Shown here one piece after another: positions 28,670 through 38,082 of a DNA stretch of 64,000 nt. How positions within the stretch are numbered: position 1 is the stretch's first letter; every line of letters starts with the position of its first letter. This stretch comes from Candidatus Scatocola faecipullorum (lineage in GTDB: Bacteria > Pseudomonadota > Alphaproteobacteria > RF32 > CAG-239). The stretch is from positions 12,693 to 76,692 of the forward strand of contig DVNC01000021.1 in assembly GCA_018714685.1 (NCBI GenBank), read 5' to 3'. Under the pieces are notes generated by a model. That model made no database searches and was not told the DNA's origin. It saw only the letters and a program-made list of their open reading frames with translations. Position numbers and translations under genes: made by a program.

Positions 28670-29548
28670 TTATTTTTTCTGCAGTTTAGTCTTTTTGGCA
28701 GAAACAAAAGCGTCAACGATATTGCTGACGGTTGTTTCGGGTTTGACCCAGTCAAACCTTGCCGGAAGATGAACGTCCAACTGGTCTTCAGTCCACCAAA
28801 TGGGCAAATCCCAGTCGTTTTCGCCCTGGAAGCCGGGGTTTTTGCATTCGTAAACCAGTTTTTTTCCGAAAGCTTCAAGTTCGGCATCCGAAAGATTTTC
28901 CCAGCCGCAGTTCAGGGCATAAGCCTTCAGAACTTCAATGCGGAAAATGTCCAGATAGGCCTGGATATATTCAGGCGCGGCCTTGAAGATTTTGCAGCGG
29001 ATGTCGTGAATTTTCTGCGAGCCGACGGTGAAGTAGTCGATGATGTCGTTGTAGGTGGTTCCTTCTCCGAGATACTGCATCGGCGTGCGGCAGTCAGCAA
29101 GAATTTGGCGGCCGGTGATTTCTTCGCACATTTCACAGATGCGAATCGCCAGACAGCGGGTGATTTCTTTGCTTTCGATTGAACTCGGAAGCAGTTTCTG
29201 CATGCTGGCACCGGTTTCCTTTTCCCAAAGCTGTATCAGACGTTTGCGGCTGACTTCAACCTTAACGGCCTTGGTGTCGGCGTAATAATTTGCCAAGTCG
29301 TCAAACGTCAGCAAGTCCGGAAACTTCAGAAAAACGCGGAAGCTTTTGTTGCTGGAACAAAATTCCTTTACGGTTCGGCAAAGTTTTTCAATCTTTGTTC
29401 CGGGAAGAGAAGATACCGGTTTGCTCAAAATGTCGGCAAGGGCTGCGGTTCTTTCTTCAACATTCATTTGCTGTAAGTCACTCTTGTCTGCAGTTACAAA
29501 ATCGCTGATGAACTGCATTACTACTGGCAGGGAATTTTTCTTTTCCAT
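28670..29548 (-). CDS. Hypothetical protein (292 aa), no recognisable domain
   Basis: Long clean ORF, Cys-containing, with no signal peptide. Confidence 0.45.
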   Translation of the reverse strand: MEKKNSLPVVMQFISDFVTADKSDLQQMNVEERTAALADILSKPVSSLPGTKIEKLCRTVKEFCSSNKSFRVFLKFPDLLTFDDLANYYADTKAVKVEVSRKRLIQLWEKETGASMQKLLPSSIESKEITRCLAIRICEMCEEITGRQILADCRTPMQYLGEGTTYNDIIDYFTVGSQKIHDIRCKIFKAAPEYIQAYLDIFRIEVLKAYALNCGWENLSDAELEAFGKKLVYECKNPGFQGENDWDLPIWWTEDQLDVHLPARFDWVKPETTVSNIVDAFVSAKKTKLQKK

Positions 29549-29699
29549 GACTAATAATTTTTTTAAAAATTTAACATAAAAAGGATAAATCTTTTATTTT
29601 TGTAGCATGAGTTTTTTTAATTGGCAAGGATAAATAAGAAAATTTTTGACAAAAAAATGGCAGCACGATGAAGTGCCGCCGTTAAAGAAGAATCAGGTT

Positions 29700-30203
29700 T
29701 CAAGAACCGGCAATCAAAGCAATCAGATTTCCGACACTGCCGTTTGCGATCAAATTCGGCGGGGTCTTAAAATCAAATGTTTTTTCAAGCCAGCAGAGAG
29801 TTGTCAGATATGAGTTTTTCTGTTTTCCGCAGACGGGAAGGGTCAATTCCCGCAGGCTCATATTGTCGCTGATCAGTTCCGGAGGACATTCGAGAAGATC
29901 AGCCAGGTAATGTCTTACGGTTTGGGCACTGGGGCGCGGGGCCAGTATTTCGGCCCGGAGCAATGCCGTTTCTTCCGGTTTGCCGCTGAGCAGGCGGGCG
30001 ATGGTTCCGATGCTGACATTGTTCCAGTTCCAGGCATATCTGCTGCGGGGACTGAATTCAGTGCGGAAACATCTTTCAGAAATGCTTCTGACAATCGATT
30101 TTAAAAAATTAATTTCGATTTTTCCGTCATTTAAACGGACGTTTTCAATGTTTTTTAATTGGGTCTTTCTGCTGAAGACGCCAATGATCTGCTTGTAGTT
30201 CAT
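29700..30203 (-). CDS. Hypothetical protein (167 aa), no recognisable domain
   Basis: Clean ORF adjacent to and co-oriented with 28670-29548. Confidence 0.4.
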   Translation of the reverse strand: MNYKQIIGVFSRKTQLKNIENVRLNDGKIEINFLKSIVRSISERCFRTEFSPRSRYAWNWNNVSIGTIARLLSGKPEETALLRAEILAPRPSAQTVRHYLADLLECPPELISDNMSLRELTLPVCGKQKNSYLTTLCWLEKTFDFKTPPNLIANGSVGNLIALIAGS

Positions 30204-30284
30204 AATTTCGGGATTTAAAATAATAGATTTATAGGTAATCTTATAATCTATTTTTTATTCTTTTTCAACAAAATTTTGACAAAA

Positions 30285-31139
30285 CTATTTTTCGTCAGCA
30301 AGTGCGAGAAATTGTTGAGGAGTTAGTTCTTCGGCACGGGCAGTGAGGGGAATGTTCAAACGGGCGCATTTTTCTTCCAAGCCGGCAATGCTTTTCAGGC
30401 TTTGGCGAATCATTTTGCGGCGTTGTCCAAAGGCCAGTGTTGTCAGTTTTTCGACTTTGGCGATTTGTTCGACGGTCAGCGTGTTTTCCAGCGGCCGAAA
30501 AAGCAACACGGATGACCAGATTTTCGGAGCCGGGGTGAAACAGCAGGGGTTAAGGTCCAGCAAATGATCTATTCGGCATTGAAGCTGGCTTAAAACCGAT
30601 ATTCTGCCATAGTCTTTGGTTTTTATCGGTGCCGTGATTCTTTCGGCAACCTCTTTTTGGAACATCAGTGTCAAGCTGTCATAGGCATTGATGTTTTTAA
30701 GCCAGCCGACCAGCAGCGGTACGGAAATGTTATAAGGCAGATTGCTGATGATATGGCGCGGAGCGGGAGCAAGAACGGAAAAATCGGTCTGCATAGCGTC
30801 ACCGTTGATAATATGAAGAATGTCGCCGGTTTTTTCTTTGATTTCATTCATAATGGCAATGCAGCGCTCGTCCATTTCAACGACGGTTAAGCTTTTCGGT
30901 TCGGCAGCCAAAACAGCCCGGGTCAGCCCGCCGGGACCGGGACCGACTTCAAAAACATTAGCGCCGGAAAAATCCTTTTTGTTTTGTTTTTGCAGTGAGA
31001 GATTAATAATTTTGTCGGTAATGTTCTGATCAAGAAGAAAGTTCTGTCCCAAAGCTTTTTTGGCCATCAGGCCATGTGCTTCGACGGTCAGGCGCAGCGA
31101 CGGGAGTGCGGCTATTTTGACAAACATTTGTTCGGTCAT
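30285..31139 (-). CDS. rsmA: 16S rRNA (adenine1518/1519-N6)-dimethyltransferase RsmA/KsgA
   Basis: LGQNFLLD N-terminal motif, SAM-binding VFEVGPGPGGLT, NLPYNIS. Confidence 0.92.
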   Translation of the reverse strand: MTEQMFVKIAALPSLRLTVEAHGLMAKKALGQNFLLDQNITDKIINLSLQKQNKKDFSGANVFEVGPGPGGLTRAVLAAEPKSLTVVEMDERCIAIMNEIKEKTGDILHIINGDAMQTDFSVLAPAPRHIISNLPYNISVPLLVGWLKNINAYDSLTLMFQKEVAERITAPIKTKDYGRISVLSQLQCRIDHLLDLNPCCFTPAPKIWSSVLLFRPLENTLTVEQIAKVEKLTTLAFGQRRKMIRQSLKSIAGLEEKCARLNIPLTARAEELTPQQFLALADEK

Positions 31140-31141
31140 CG

Positions 31142-32215
31142 TCAGTTTCTCAATTCGATAACCGCGCGCTGGCGGACATTATGGAGGTGTTTGGCGGAGA
31201 TTTCTTCCATTTTTTTGTTTTCCATGAACTTTTTCATTTCTTCTTTGGAAGGGAGTTTGGGTTTGTCCCTTTTGGGGTTATAGACCTGCACCAGTTTAAG
31301 AATGTAAAATTCGTTGCCGATTTGTATCGGGTCGGAGACCTCGCCTTCTTTCATGGCGAGGACTTTGTTATCCAGCGGTTCAGCCAGCTGGCCCTTGTTC
31401 AGCCAGCCGAGATTGCCGCCGTTGGATGCGCTGGGGCTTTCGGAAAACTGGGCAGCGTATAACTCAAAACGCGGATCTCTGCGCAAATTGGCAACCAAAT
31501 CGTCGAGATTCTTGGCGTTTTCTTTTTTGATGACGATTTCGGAAACCATATATTTCGGGGTCATCATATCTTTGGCAGACTGGTTAATGCTTTCTTCAAT
31601 TTCCTTATCGGTTATGTTTCCGGCAGCCATGAGCTGGCGGCGGATAACGCGAATCCATGCCAGGTCGGATTTCATCTGCTCACGGAAGACTTTCATGCTG
31701 ACGCCTTCTTTGGCCAGCAGCGATTTGAGCTGTCCGGCGGGAATTTTGTTGTTTTGTTCAAAATTTTGTATGGAAGCATCGATTTCTTTGTCACTGATTT
31801 CGATTCCCTGACGTTCGGCTTCCTGAAGTTTCAGTTTTTCATCGATTGCCGATTGAATAACCTTGGCGATAATCATTTTTTTGGTTTCGGCGTTAAAGGG
31901 TATCCTTGTGTTCATCACAAAGGCTTTAGCCCTTTCTTCAATATCCGTCGAAGAAATCATTTCACCGTTGACAACGGCTATGATTTTAACATCTCCGGGA
32001 CCGAACAGGCGAATCGGTTCACTTGGCGGCGTTTGCGGTTTTGGCAGAGGCTGCGGTTCCTGAAAAAGGTCTGATTCCGGCTGTGTTTCGGTTTCGGCCG
32101 GGTTTTGGAAAACGACGGAATTGCGCGTTTCTTTGCCGCTGTCGGCGGCAAATTGGGCTAAAGCGGATTGAGCGATGATAGTCAGACTTAATATTGCAAA
32201 CAGCAGTCTTGTCAT
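31142..32215 (-). CDS. surA: Periplasmic chaperone/peptidyl-prolyl isomerase SurA-like
   Basis: Signal peptide and an N-terminal SurA chaperone-like region. One PpiC-type rotamase block (GGNLGWLNKGQL...EFYILKL). Sits between lptD and ksgA, as in the E. coli lptD-surA-(pdxA)-ksgA cluster. Confidence 0.7.
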   Translation of the reverse strand: MTRLLFAILSLTIIAQSALAQFAADSGKETRNSVVFQNPAETETQPESDLFQEPQPLPKPQTPPSEPIRLFGPGDVKIIAVVNGEMISSTDIEERAKAFVMNTRIPFNAETKKMIIAKVIQSAIDEKLKLQEAERQGIEISDKEIDASIQNFEQNNKIPAGQLKSLLAKEGVSMKVFREQMKSDLAWIRVIRRQLMAAGNITDKEIEESINQSAKDMMTPKYMVSEIVIKKENAKNLDDLVANLRRDPRFELYAAQFSESPSASNGGNLGWLNKGQLAEPLDNKVLAMKEGEVSDPIQIGNEFYILKLVQVYNPKRDKPKLPSKEEMKKFMENKKMEEISAKHLHNVRQRAVIELRN

Positions 32216-32234
32216 TTGTGTTCTCCTGTAGCGG

Positions 32235-34544
32235 TTATTTTGAACCCACGCCGCCTAATGTTTTCAGATAGAGCGAAACGGTGAATTCATAGTCGTTTTC
32301 GTCTTCGGGGTCGGTTGAATCGTAGCGGTGCAGATTGCCGACAACTTTGATGCATTCGTCTTCATAGGCCAGCGAACCTCCGTGTTCCAGCGAGCCGCCG
32401 CCTTTGGTCAAATCCTGACGGTTGTAAATGCTGATTGTCCAGTCACGGGTCAGGCGGGAGCCGACTGCCAGGTATAATTCTTTGCGTTCGCTGATGTTTT
32501 CTGCCAGAGTTGCTTCATTTCCCTGCAGGTAAATGTAGGAAACATAAGTGTGGAGGATGTCGGGGCCGATGCGGGCGGCCAGTTCGCTGTATTTCATTTC
32601 CAAATCGTCTTTGTCAAAACGGAAACGGTAGTTCATGTCCAGATATTGGTTCGGGTTGGCATAGATACGACCGACATAGTCACTGAAACGCCAGTTTTCA
32701 TCATCACTGGGAGCAAAACCTTCTTTATTGCTGAATTTGTAGCTTTGAGCGATGAATGCCTGGGTGCGTCCCATAACAGTTCCGTAAGAACTCCAGTTGA
32801 TACCGTAACTGATGCGGCTGCCGGTATCGTTGCGGTCGTAGCCGGCATAGCGGTCGATATCAAGGACGTTGGTGTCGTCGAGTTCGGAGTTTTGGCTGTC
32901 TTCATTGGGAATCTTGTCTATTTTATTGCCGCCGTTAGGAGCCGCAACGGCAACGATTACCGGCTCGACAATATGGCGGGAGGTTTCGGTGGCACGAACA
33001 AACGGCATTTTCCATTCCAAACCCAATTGCGGGAAGACACGTCCGACTTCGCCGGTGAATTTTTCTTTGTCGGGGTTGGTATAATTGTCAACATAATACA
33101 AATCTGATTTTACCGAAGCAACCAAACGGTATTTTTCGCCGTAAGGGCTGGTGTAAGGCAAATTCCATGAATTTATCATGGACAGTCTTTGCGAACTGAC
33201 ATCCTGATCCCGCATTACGGAGGCAAAATCGAAAGTGTTTTTGAAGTAAGCACCGTGGCTTCCGGGTTCGCTGATGTTTTCATAAGTGATTAACGGAATG
33301 GCATACGGTTTGTCGTATTTGCGGCGCTGAAACTCCTGGCTGTCAAGCACACGGAGGTCATAACTGATGAGTTTGTAGTAATAAGCTTCGATGGCGGCAT
33401 AATTGCGGTTGTCAAATCCCTGCAGTTTGGCGCTTGAGGTTAACCAGGCATCTTCTTTTTTGGGCAGGGAGAGGTCTTTCAGATATAAAGAATCCGAAAC
33501 ATAGTTTAAATCCAAATCGGAAACCCAATAATCATTGAGTTCGTAACGGGATTTGACATATAAGTTGCCGCGGGTTTCGTCGTCGTCCTGATCCCGCATA
33601 ATCGACCCCTGCGTTGTTAAATAGCCGCGTTCAAAATAGCGGCGATAGGTGCCGTTCATAATCAGTCCGTGATTGGTGCTGATATAAGGAGCGAGGGTCA
33701 AATCTTCATGCGGTGAAATGTCCCAAAAATATTTGGGCTGCAAATAAGCGTCAAGATAGCTGCTGGAACCGAACCCGGGAATCAAAAATCCCGATCGCCG
33801 CGAGACGTTCGGATCCGGATGTGATAAAAACGGAGTATAGAAAACCGGAAAACCTTTGATTTCAAGTACGGCATCTTTGTAATAGACGTTTTGGCTTTCG
33901 GCATCATGTTTGATTTTGCGGGCTTTGAGCTGCCAGAGCGGATTGGGTTTGGCGGTGCAGACGTCACAGGGGGAATAAACCGCGTTGTTCATAATTTTGT
34001 TTTTGTTGCTCATGGTTCTGACGCGGCGGGCGGCGATGCGGCTTTCATCTTTCATGATGATTTTGATATTTTCCATTTCGCCCTGAGACATTTGGTTGGT
34101 TAAAACCACATAATCAGAAAAAACAACGTTGTTTTCGGCGTCTATCATGCGGACGTTGCCGATGGCGGTAACAACATCGTCACGTTGGTTGTAAACCACT
34201 TTGTCCGCATTCAGCGTCAATCCTTCGCGGATAATGTTAACATCGCCGATAGCCGTAATCGTATCCAGATTTCGGTTGTTTTCCATTTCATTGGCGCTGA
34301 AGTAGATTTCCTTGGTTTGTTTTTGTACCGGCATCGGCGTCATGAAATTGGTGATGTTGGGATTTTGTTCCAGTTCGCCGTAGGGTTTGGGGGAGACTTT
34401 GCTGTATTTTGTTCCGGGGACGGTTTCTTTCAGATCGGCAGCCCAAACCGCTCCGGAGCTGAGTATGCTTCCGGCCAGCAGCAGGATATGTAAGAGACCT
34501 GGTTTAGTCATCCATAAGTTCTCCGGGTTTTTTACGATGGACAA
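32235..34544 (-). CDS. lptD: LPS-assembly outer membrane protein LptD
   Basis: 769 aa, signal peptide, N-terminal OstA-like region and a large beta-barrel domain. Adjacent to surA and lptG. Confidence 0.88.
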   Translation of the reverse strand: MSIVKNPENLWMTKPGLLHILLLAGSILSSGAVWAADLKETVPGTKYSKVSPKPYGELEQNPNITNFMTPMPVQKQTKEIYFSANEMENNRNLDTITAIGDVNIIREGLTLNADKVVYNQRDDVVTAIGNVRMIDAENNVVFSDYVVLTNQMSQGEMENIKIIMKDESRIAARRVRTMSNKNKIMNNAVYSPCDVCTAKPNPLWQLKARKIKHDAESQNVYYKDAVLEIKGFPVFYTPFLSHPDPNVSRRSGFLIPGFGSSSYLDAYLQPKYFWDISPHEDLTLAPYISTNHGLIMNGTYRRYFERGYLTTQGSIMRDQDDDETRGNLYVKSRYELNDYWVSDLDLNYVSDSLYLKDLSLPKKEDAWLTSSAKLQGFDNRNYAAIEAYYYKLISYDLRVLDSQEFQRRKYDKPYAIPLITYENISEPGSHGAYFKNTFDFASVMRDQDVSSQRLSMINSWNLPYTSPYGEKYRLVASVKSDLYYVDNYTNPDKEKFTGEVGRVFPQLGLEWKMPFVRATETSRHIVEPVIVAVAAPNGGNKIDKIPNEDSQNSELDDTNVLDIDRYAGYDRNDTGSRISYGINWSSYGTVMGRTQAFIAQSYKFSNKEGFAPSDDENWRFSDYVGRIYANPNQYLDMNYRFRFDKDDLEMKYSELAARIGPDILHTYVSYIYLQGNEATLAENISERKELYLAVGSRLTRDWTISIYNRQDLTKGGGSLEHGGSLAYEDECIKVVGNLHRYDSTDPEDENDYEFTVSLYLKTLGGVGSK

Positions 34545-35631
34545 AGAATGCCGGATTATAGAACAAAAGGAGATAAATGCAAGCCGTCAGAGGCAATATA
34601 AAGTTCAGGTAAAGCAAGGGAAGCCAATAAAGATGTTTAGCCGCCAGATTGCCGAATATGAGGTCGCAGGCCTGAACCGCAACCATGGAAATGATAGACA
34701 TTGAAATGATTTTGTTTTGTCCGCGGCGGTTAAAGTTGCCGACCAGCAGCCCGGTGCAGGCCATCAGGGCAAAGACCAGATTGTAAAGAGGGGTCAGGAT
34801 GCGTTTGTTTCCTTCAACAATATAGCGGTTGACTTCCGCCGGAGTCAGGCTGGGATCGCTGCGGGCGTTCAGCAATTCCCAAAGTGTTTTTTCCCGGGCG
34901 CCGGTTTCTTTTTCCTTGGTTTTGTTTTGACTGCCGAAATCTACCGAATAACGGTCAAAAGAGAGAGAAGAGAACTGTCCGCTTTTCTTGTTGATTTCCT
35001 GACGGACGCCGTTAACCATAATCAGGCGGGGGCCCTTGTCGGTGTAAACAATGCGTCCCTTTTCGGCGGAGATGCTCATTTTGCTGTCCGGGTCACGTTC
35101 GTCGTTGACAAGAATGCCGGAGACCGATCCGTCTTTTTCATGGGTGGTGATGAATACGGTCAGATTATATTGGAGCGTGGTGAATTCGCCTTCCCGGAAC
35201 ATCAGGTGGGAGACGTCATTTTTGACTTCCCATTCCAGTTCGTTAAAAGCTTTTTCGGCGGCGGGAATGATGATATTGTTGGTATAGATGTTAAAAAAAG
35301 ACATGAAAATGCCGACATAAATTGCCGGTTTGGCTCCGGCCCAGGGGCTGATGCCGGCGGCTTTCATGACAACCAGTTCCCGGTCGGAAAGCATACGGTT
35401 GTACACGAACAATATTGCCACAAACAGGGCTATCGGCGAAAGAATGACAAATATGCGGGGCATCAGCAAAGAGGTCATTTTGACGAACAAAATAACCGGA
35501 AGCCCCTTATTGGTAACCAGTTCCACAAAACGCAGCGATTGGGTCAGCCAGATGATGGACATCAGCGAGAACGTCACCAACAGAAAGCCAATCATAATTT
35601 GGGTTACTATATATTTGTTTAGTTTTTTCAT
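34504..35631 (-). CDS. LPS export ABC permease, LptF/LptG family (position suggests LptG)
   Basis: YjgP/YjgQ permease family topology. Sits directly upstream of lptD. Confidence 0.75.
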   Translation of the reverse strand: MKKLNKYIVTQIMIGFLLVTFSLMSIIWLTQSLRFVELVTNKGLPVILFVKMTSLLMPRIFVILSPIALFVAILFVYNRMLSDRELVVMKAAGISPWAGAKPAIYVGIFMSFFNIYTNNIIIPAAEKAFNELEWEVKNDVSHLMFREGEFTTLQYNLTVFITTHEKDGSVSGILVNDERDPDSKMSISAEKGRIVYTDKGPRLIMVNGVRQEINKKSGQFSSLSFDRYSVDFGSQNKTKEKETGAREKTLWELLNARSDPSLTPAEVNRYIVEGNKRILTPLYNLVFALMACTGLLVGNFNRRGQNKIISMSIISMVAVQACDLIFGNLAAKHLYWLPLLYLNFILPLTACIYLLLFYNPAFFVHRKKPGELMDD

Positions 35632-35748
35632 TAAATTTTCTAGCTAGCTTTATCGAGGCGATTATATCCAATTTTATTAGAAATGGAATCATTATTTTGC
35701 ATATATTGCAAAATATATGAAGATTTGGTAAGCGGAAGATGGTTTTGA

Positions 35749-35991
35749 TTATTGGAAACGTTTAAATAACTTGCTCAGAAAGTCAAAAGGGTTGAAGCCG
35801 ATAGCATCGGCAATTTCCAGAAACTCAATCAAATCAAGGCGCCGGACGCCTTTTTCATATTTGGCAACGTAGGGCTGAGACTGTTCCAGTTTTTGGGCCA
35901 GCAGAGTTTGAGTCAATCCGGCTCTTTTACGTTCTTCAATCAGCAGTTTTAAAAAAATCCGGTACTCTGTGGTAAAAACCGATTTAGTCAT
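35749..35991 (-). CDS. Small XRE/Cro-like HTH transcriptional regulator (80 aa)
   Basis: HTH_XRE motif RKRAGLTQTLLAQKLEQSQPYVAKYEKGVRRLDL. Divergent from the AT-rich two-gene islet. Confidence 0.7.
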   Translation of the reverse strand: MTKSVFTTEYRIFLKLLIEERKRAGLTQTLLAQKLEQSQPYVAKYEKGVRRLDLIEFLEIADAIGFNPFDFLSKLFKRFQ

Positions 35992-36159
35992 GATGGAAAA
36001 TCCTAAAAAAATTATCAGGATCTAAATTAAGTCAATCTTATATTTATGCGAAAATCGTATATTACTTATATAAGATTTATATATTCTTATAGGTGTTTAT
36101 TCTGTAATATATATTTTAAAAGTTGTAAATGGTTTTTTTGTGATTTAAAGATTGTGGCA

Positions 36160-36651
36160 ATGTCTGATTTATTCAATTACAAATTTAGAAAGGACAGTAT
36201 TATGAGGGGATTAAATCAATCTGCAGAAAAGACTTCTGTAACTGGAGATTTTACACGTCAGAACTTATTGGAGGAAACAAAAGACGCTTGGAATCAGATA
36301 ACCGGTGCCGTGGGGGATATGTCTGAAGAATATTGGCAGATGAAAAAGCATGGTTATGTAAATCTTGATGATTATCATCATTGTAAAGCTAATTACAAAG
36401 CAACGCAAAGAGGAAAATGGGGAGAGCGTACGGCAGAAGTTTTGGGTAATGAAAAGGAGTTGTTTGATTATTATTTTAATAGGGGATATAAAGGGTTAAG
36501 TAAAGATGCAGCAGAAGCAGACATGAAGCATGATTTAGATATTAATAGAATCGGCCGTGACCGCGCTAAAAATTATAATTATGCCTCTCCACAAGAAGCT
36601 TGTGCTGATTTCCGTGAGTATAATAAAAGTTTCCCCCAAAAATATTGGTGA
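36160..36651 (+). CDS. Serum-amyloid-A (SAA)-like domain protein
   Basis: The C-terminal ~105 aa align by eye to vertebrate SAA. [33 protein letters not shown] matches [55 protein letters not shown] matches GGVWAAEAISDARENIQRFFGHG. The FPQKYW ending matches LPEKY. Visibly AT-rich. The track start at 36046 reads through the promoter. Likely starts are ATG 36160 or ATG 36202 (AGGA Shine-Dalgarno). Confidence 0.5.
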   Translation: [163 protein letters not shown]

Positions 36652-36656
36652 TTAGA

Positions 36657-37070
36657 ATGAAAAGATTTTTAAATATTTTGCGTTACGTTTTTTGGTTGTT
36701 GGTTATTATTCCGCCGATGTTGTTTTGGGCGATGGTGATTGGTTATGTCTTTGATGAGGTCGGGGATTGTGCCGAAAACGGGAAAGTTTGGGATTATAAT
36801 GAAAAACGCTGCCGAGATGACTGTTTGACGTGGAATGAAGTTAATGGTTGTATTTATATGGATGAGGAATACAGAAGATTATTTAGGGCTTGTGCAGATA
36901 AAACGGCGGATTGTGACCGGGAAAAATTAGATTTGTTAGATAAAGAGCTTTGCAAAAAATATAATGCGCCCTTAAATTTGAAATACGGTTACTGTGATTT
37001 TGGTTTTGAAGTAAAAGATTGCTTCAAATTAGAAGGTGAATGGGAATATCCTGAAATATGTTATCAGTAA
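36657..37070 (+). CDS. Small Cys-rich membrane-anchored protein (approx. 137 aa, 12 Cys in the ectodomain)
   Basis: ATG at 36657 follows a GGTGA Shine-Dalgarno sequence that overlaps the upstream stop. N-terminal TM or signal anchor (FWLLVIIPPMLFWAMVIGYVF), then a cysteine-rich acidic domain. AT-rich like its neighbour. Confidence 0.45.
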   Translation: MKRFLNILRYVFWLLVIIPPMLFWAMVIGYVFDEVGDCAENGKVWDYNEKRCRDDCLTWNEVNGCIYMDEEYRRLFRACADKTADCDREKLDLLDKELCKKYNAPLNLKYGYCDFGFEVKDCFKLEGEWEYPEICYQ

Positions 37071-37261
37071 AAAATCTATTTAAGTTAGCTGTTGTGATTT
37101 TTATTTTGTGGCAGCGAATTGCGGAAAGTTAAGCGGAAGTTGGGAGTATCCGGCCAGTTGTTTGACGGAGGATTAATGAAAAGTTTTTTGACATTCCGAA
37201 ACGTTGATGATTGTGTAAAAGGAGTAAAGATTACGACTGTATCGGAAGATAACTGATTAGT

Positions 37262-37304
37262 AACACAATACCCCTCTGAAGTAAATTCAGAGGGGTATTG
37301 TGTT
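37262..37304. terminator. Bidirectional rho-independent terminator shared by the islet and fabG
   Basis: Perfect 19-bp stem aacacaatacccctctgaa / ttcagaggggtattgtgtt with a 5-nt loop. Confidence 0.6.
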
Positions 37305-37319
37305 AAATTGCCGGAGCAA

Positions 37320-38057
37320 TTAGATCATAGCCATACCGCCGTTGATATTAATGGTTTGGCCGGTAATGTATTGAGCTTCATCAGAAGCCAAGAAAGCAAC
37401 AACGTTAGCGATGTCCTGAGCTTCGCCGAGTTTGCCTTCGGGGATTTTTGCCAGCAAAGCAGCTTTTACATCTTCAGGCAGAACATCGGTCATCGGGGTA
37501 CGAATAAAGCCCGGTGCGATGGAGTTGACGGTAATACCGCGGGAACCGACTTCCTGAGCCAGACATTTGTTCATGGCAATCATACCGGCTTTGGAAGCGG
37601 AATAGTTAGCCTGTCCGGCGTTACCGGTAACACCGACGACGGAAGCAATGCCGATGATGCGGCCGAAACGGCGTTTCATCATGCCGCGGACGGCAGCTTT
37701 AGCTAATTTGAAACCGGCGGACAGGTTAACGTCCAAAACCAGCTGCCAATCTTCATCGCTCATACGGATAAACAGATTGTCGCGGGTTAAGCCGGCATTG
37801 TTTACCAGAATATCGATACGGCCGAGTTTTTCTTCAACCTGAGCAACCAGATTTTTAACATCTTCCGGGTTAGTCAGGTTAGCGGTGAAGACTTCAACGC
37901 GGTCGCCCAGTTCGGCTTTCAGTTTTTCCATCGGTTCAGCACGCATGTCGGTCAGAGCCAGTGTGGCACCCTGTTTGTGCAGAGTGCGGGCAATTTTATC
38001 ACCCAAACCGCCGGCGGCACCGGTGATGAGAGCTACTTTGTCATGTAATTCAAACAT
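37320..38057 (-). CDS. fabG: 3-oxoacyl-[ACP] reductase FabG
   Basis: SDR signature: TGAAGGLG NAD(P)-binding motif, catalytic YSASKAG, 245 aa. Adjacent to fabD. Confidence 0.95.
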   Translation of the reverse strand: MFELHDKVALITGAAGGLGDKIARTLHKQGATLALTDMRAEPMEKLKAELGDRVEVFTANLTNPEDVKNLVAQVEEKLGRIDILVNNAGLTRDNLFIRMSDEDWQLVLDVNLSAGFKLAKAAVRGMMKRRFGRIIGIASVVGVTGNAGQANYSASKAGMIAMNKCLAQEVGSRGITVNSIAPGFIRTPMTDVLPEDVKAALLAKIPEGKLGEAQDIANVVAFLASDEAQYITGQTININGGMAMI

Positions 38058-38082
38058 AAATAAGTTCCTTTTGTTGTTCGAG

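Noticed and set aside
34717-35622. 301-aa + strand ORF antisense to lptG
   Set aside because: Low-complexity Gly/Gln-rich translation that lies wholly inside a well-supported minus-strand permease gene. A shadow ORF.
36046-36159. N-terminal 38 codons of the track ORF for the SAA-like gene (MRKSYITYIRFIYSYRCLFC…)
   Set aside because: Read through an AT-rich promoter-like region and is rich in aromatic residues and Cys. ATG at 36160 or 36202 (the latter with an AGGA Shine-Dalgarno sequence) is a more credible start.
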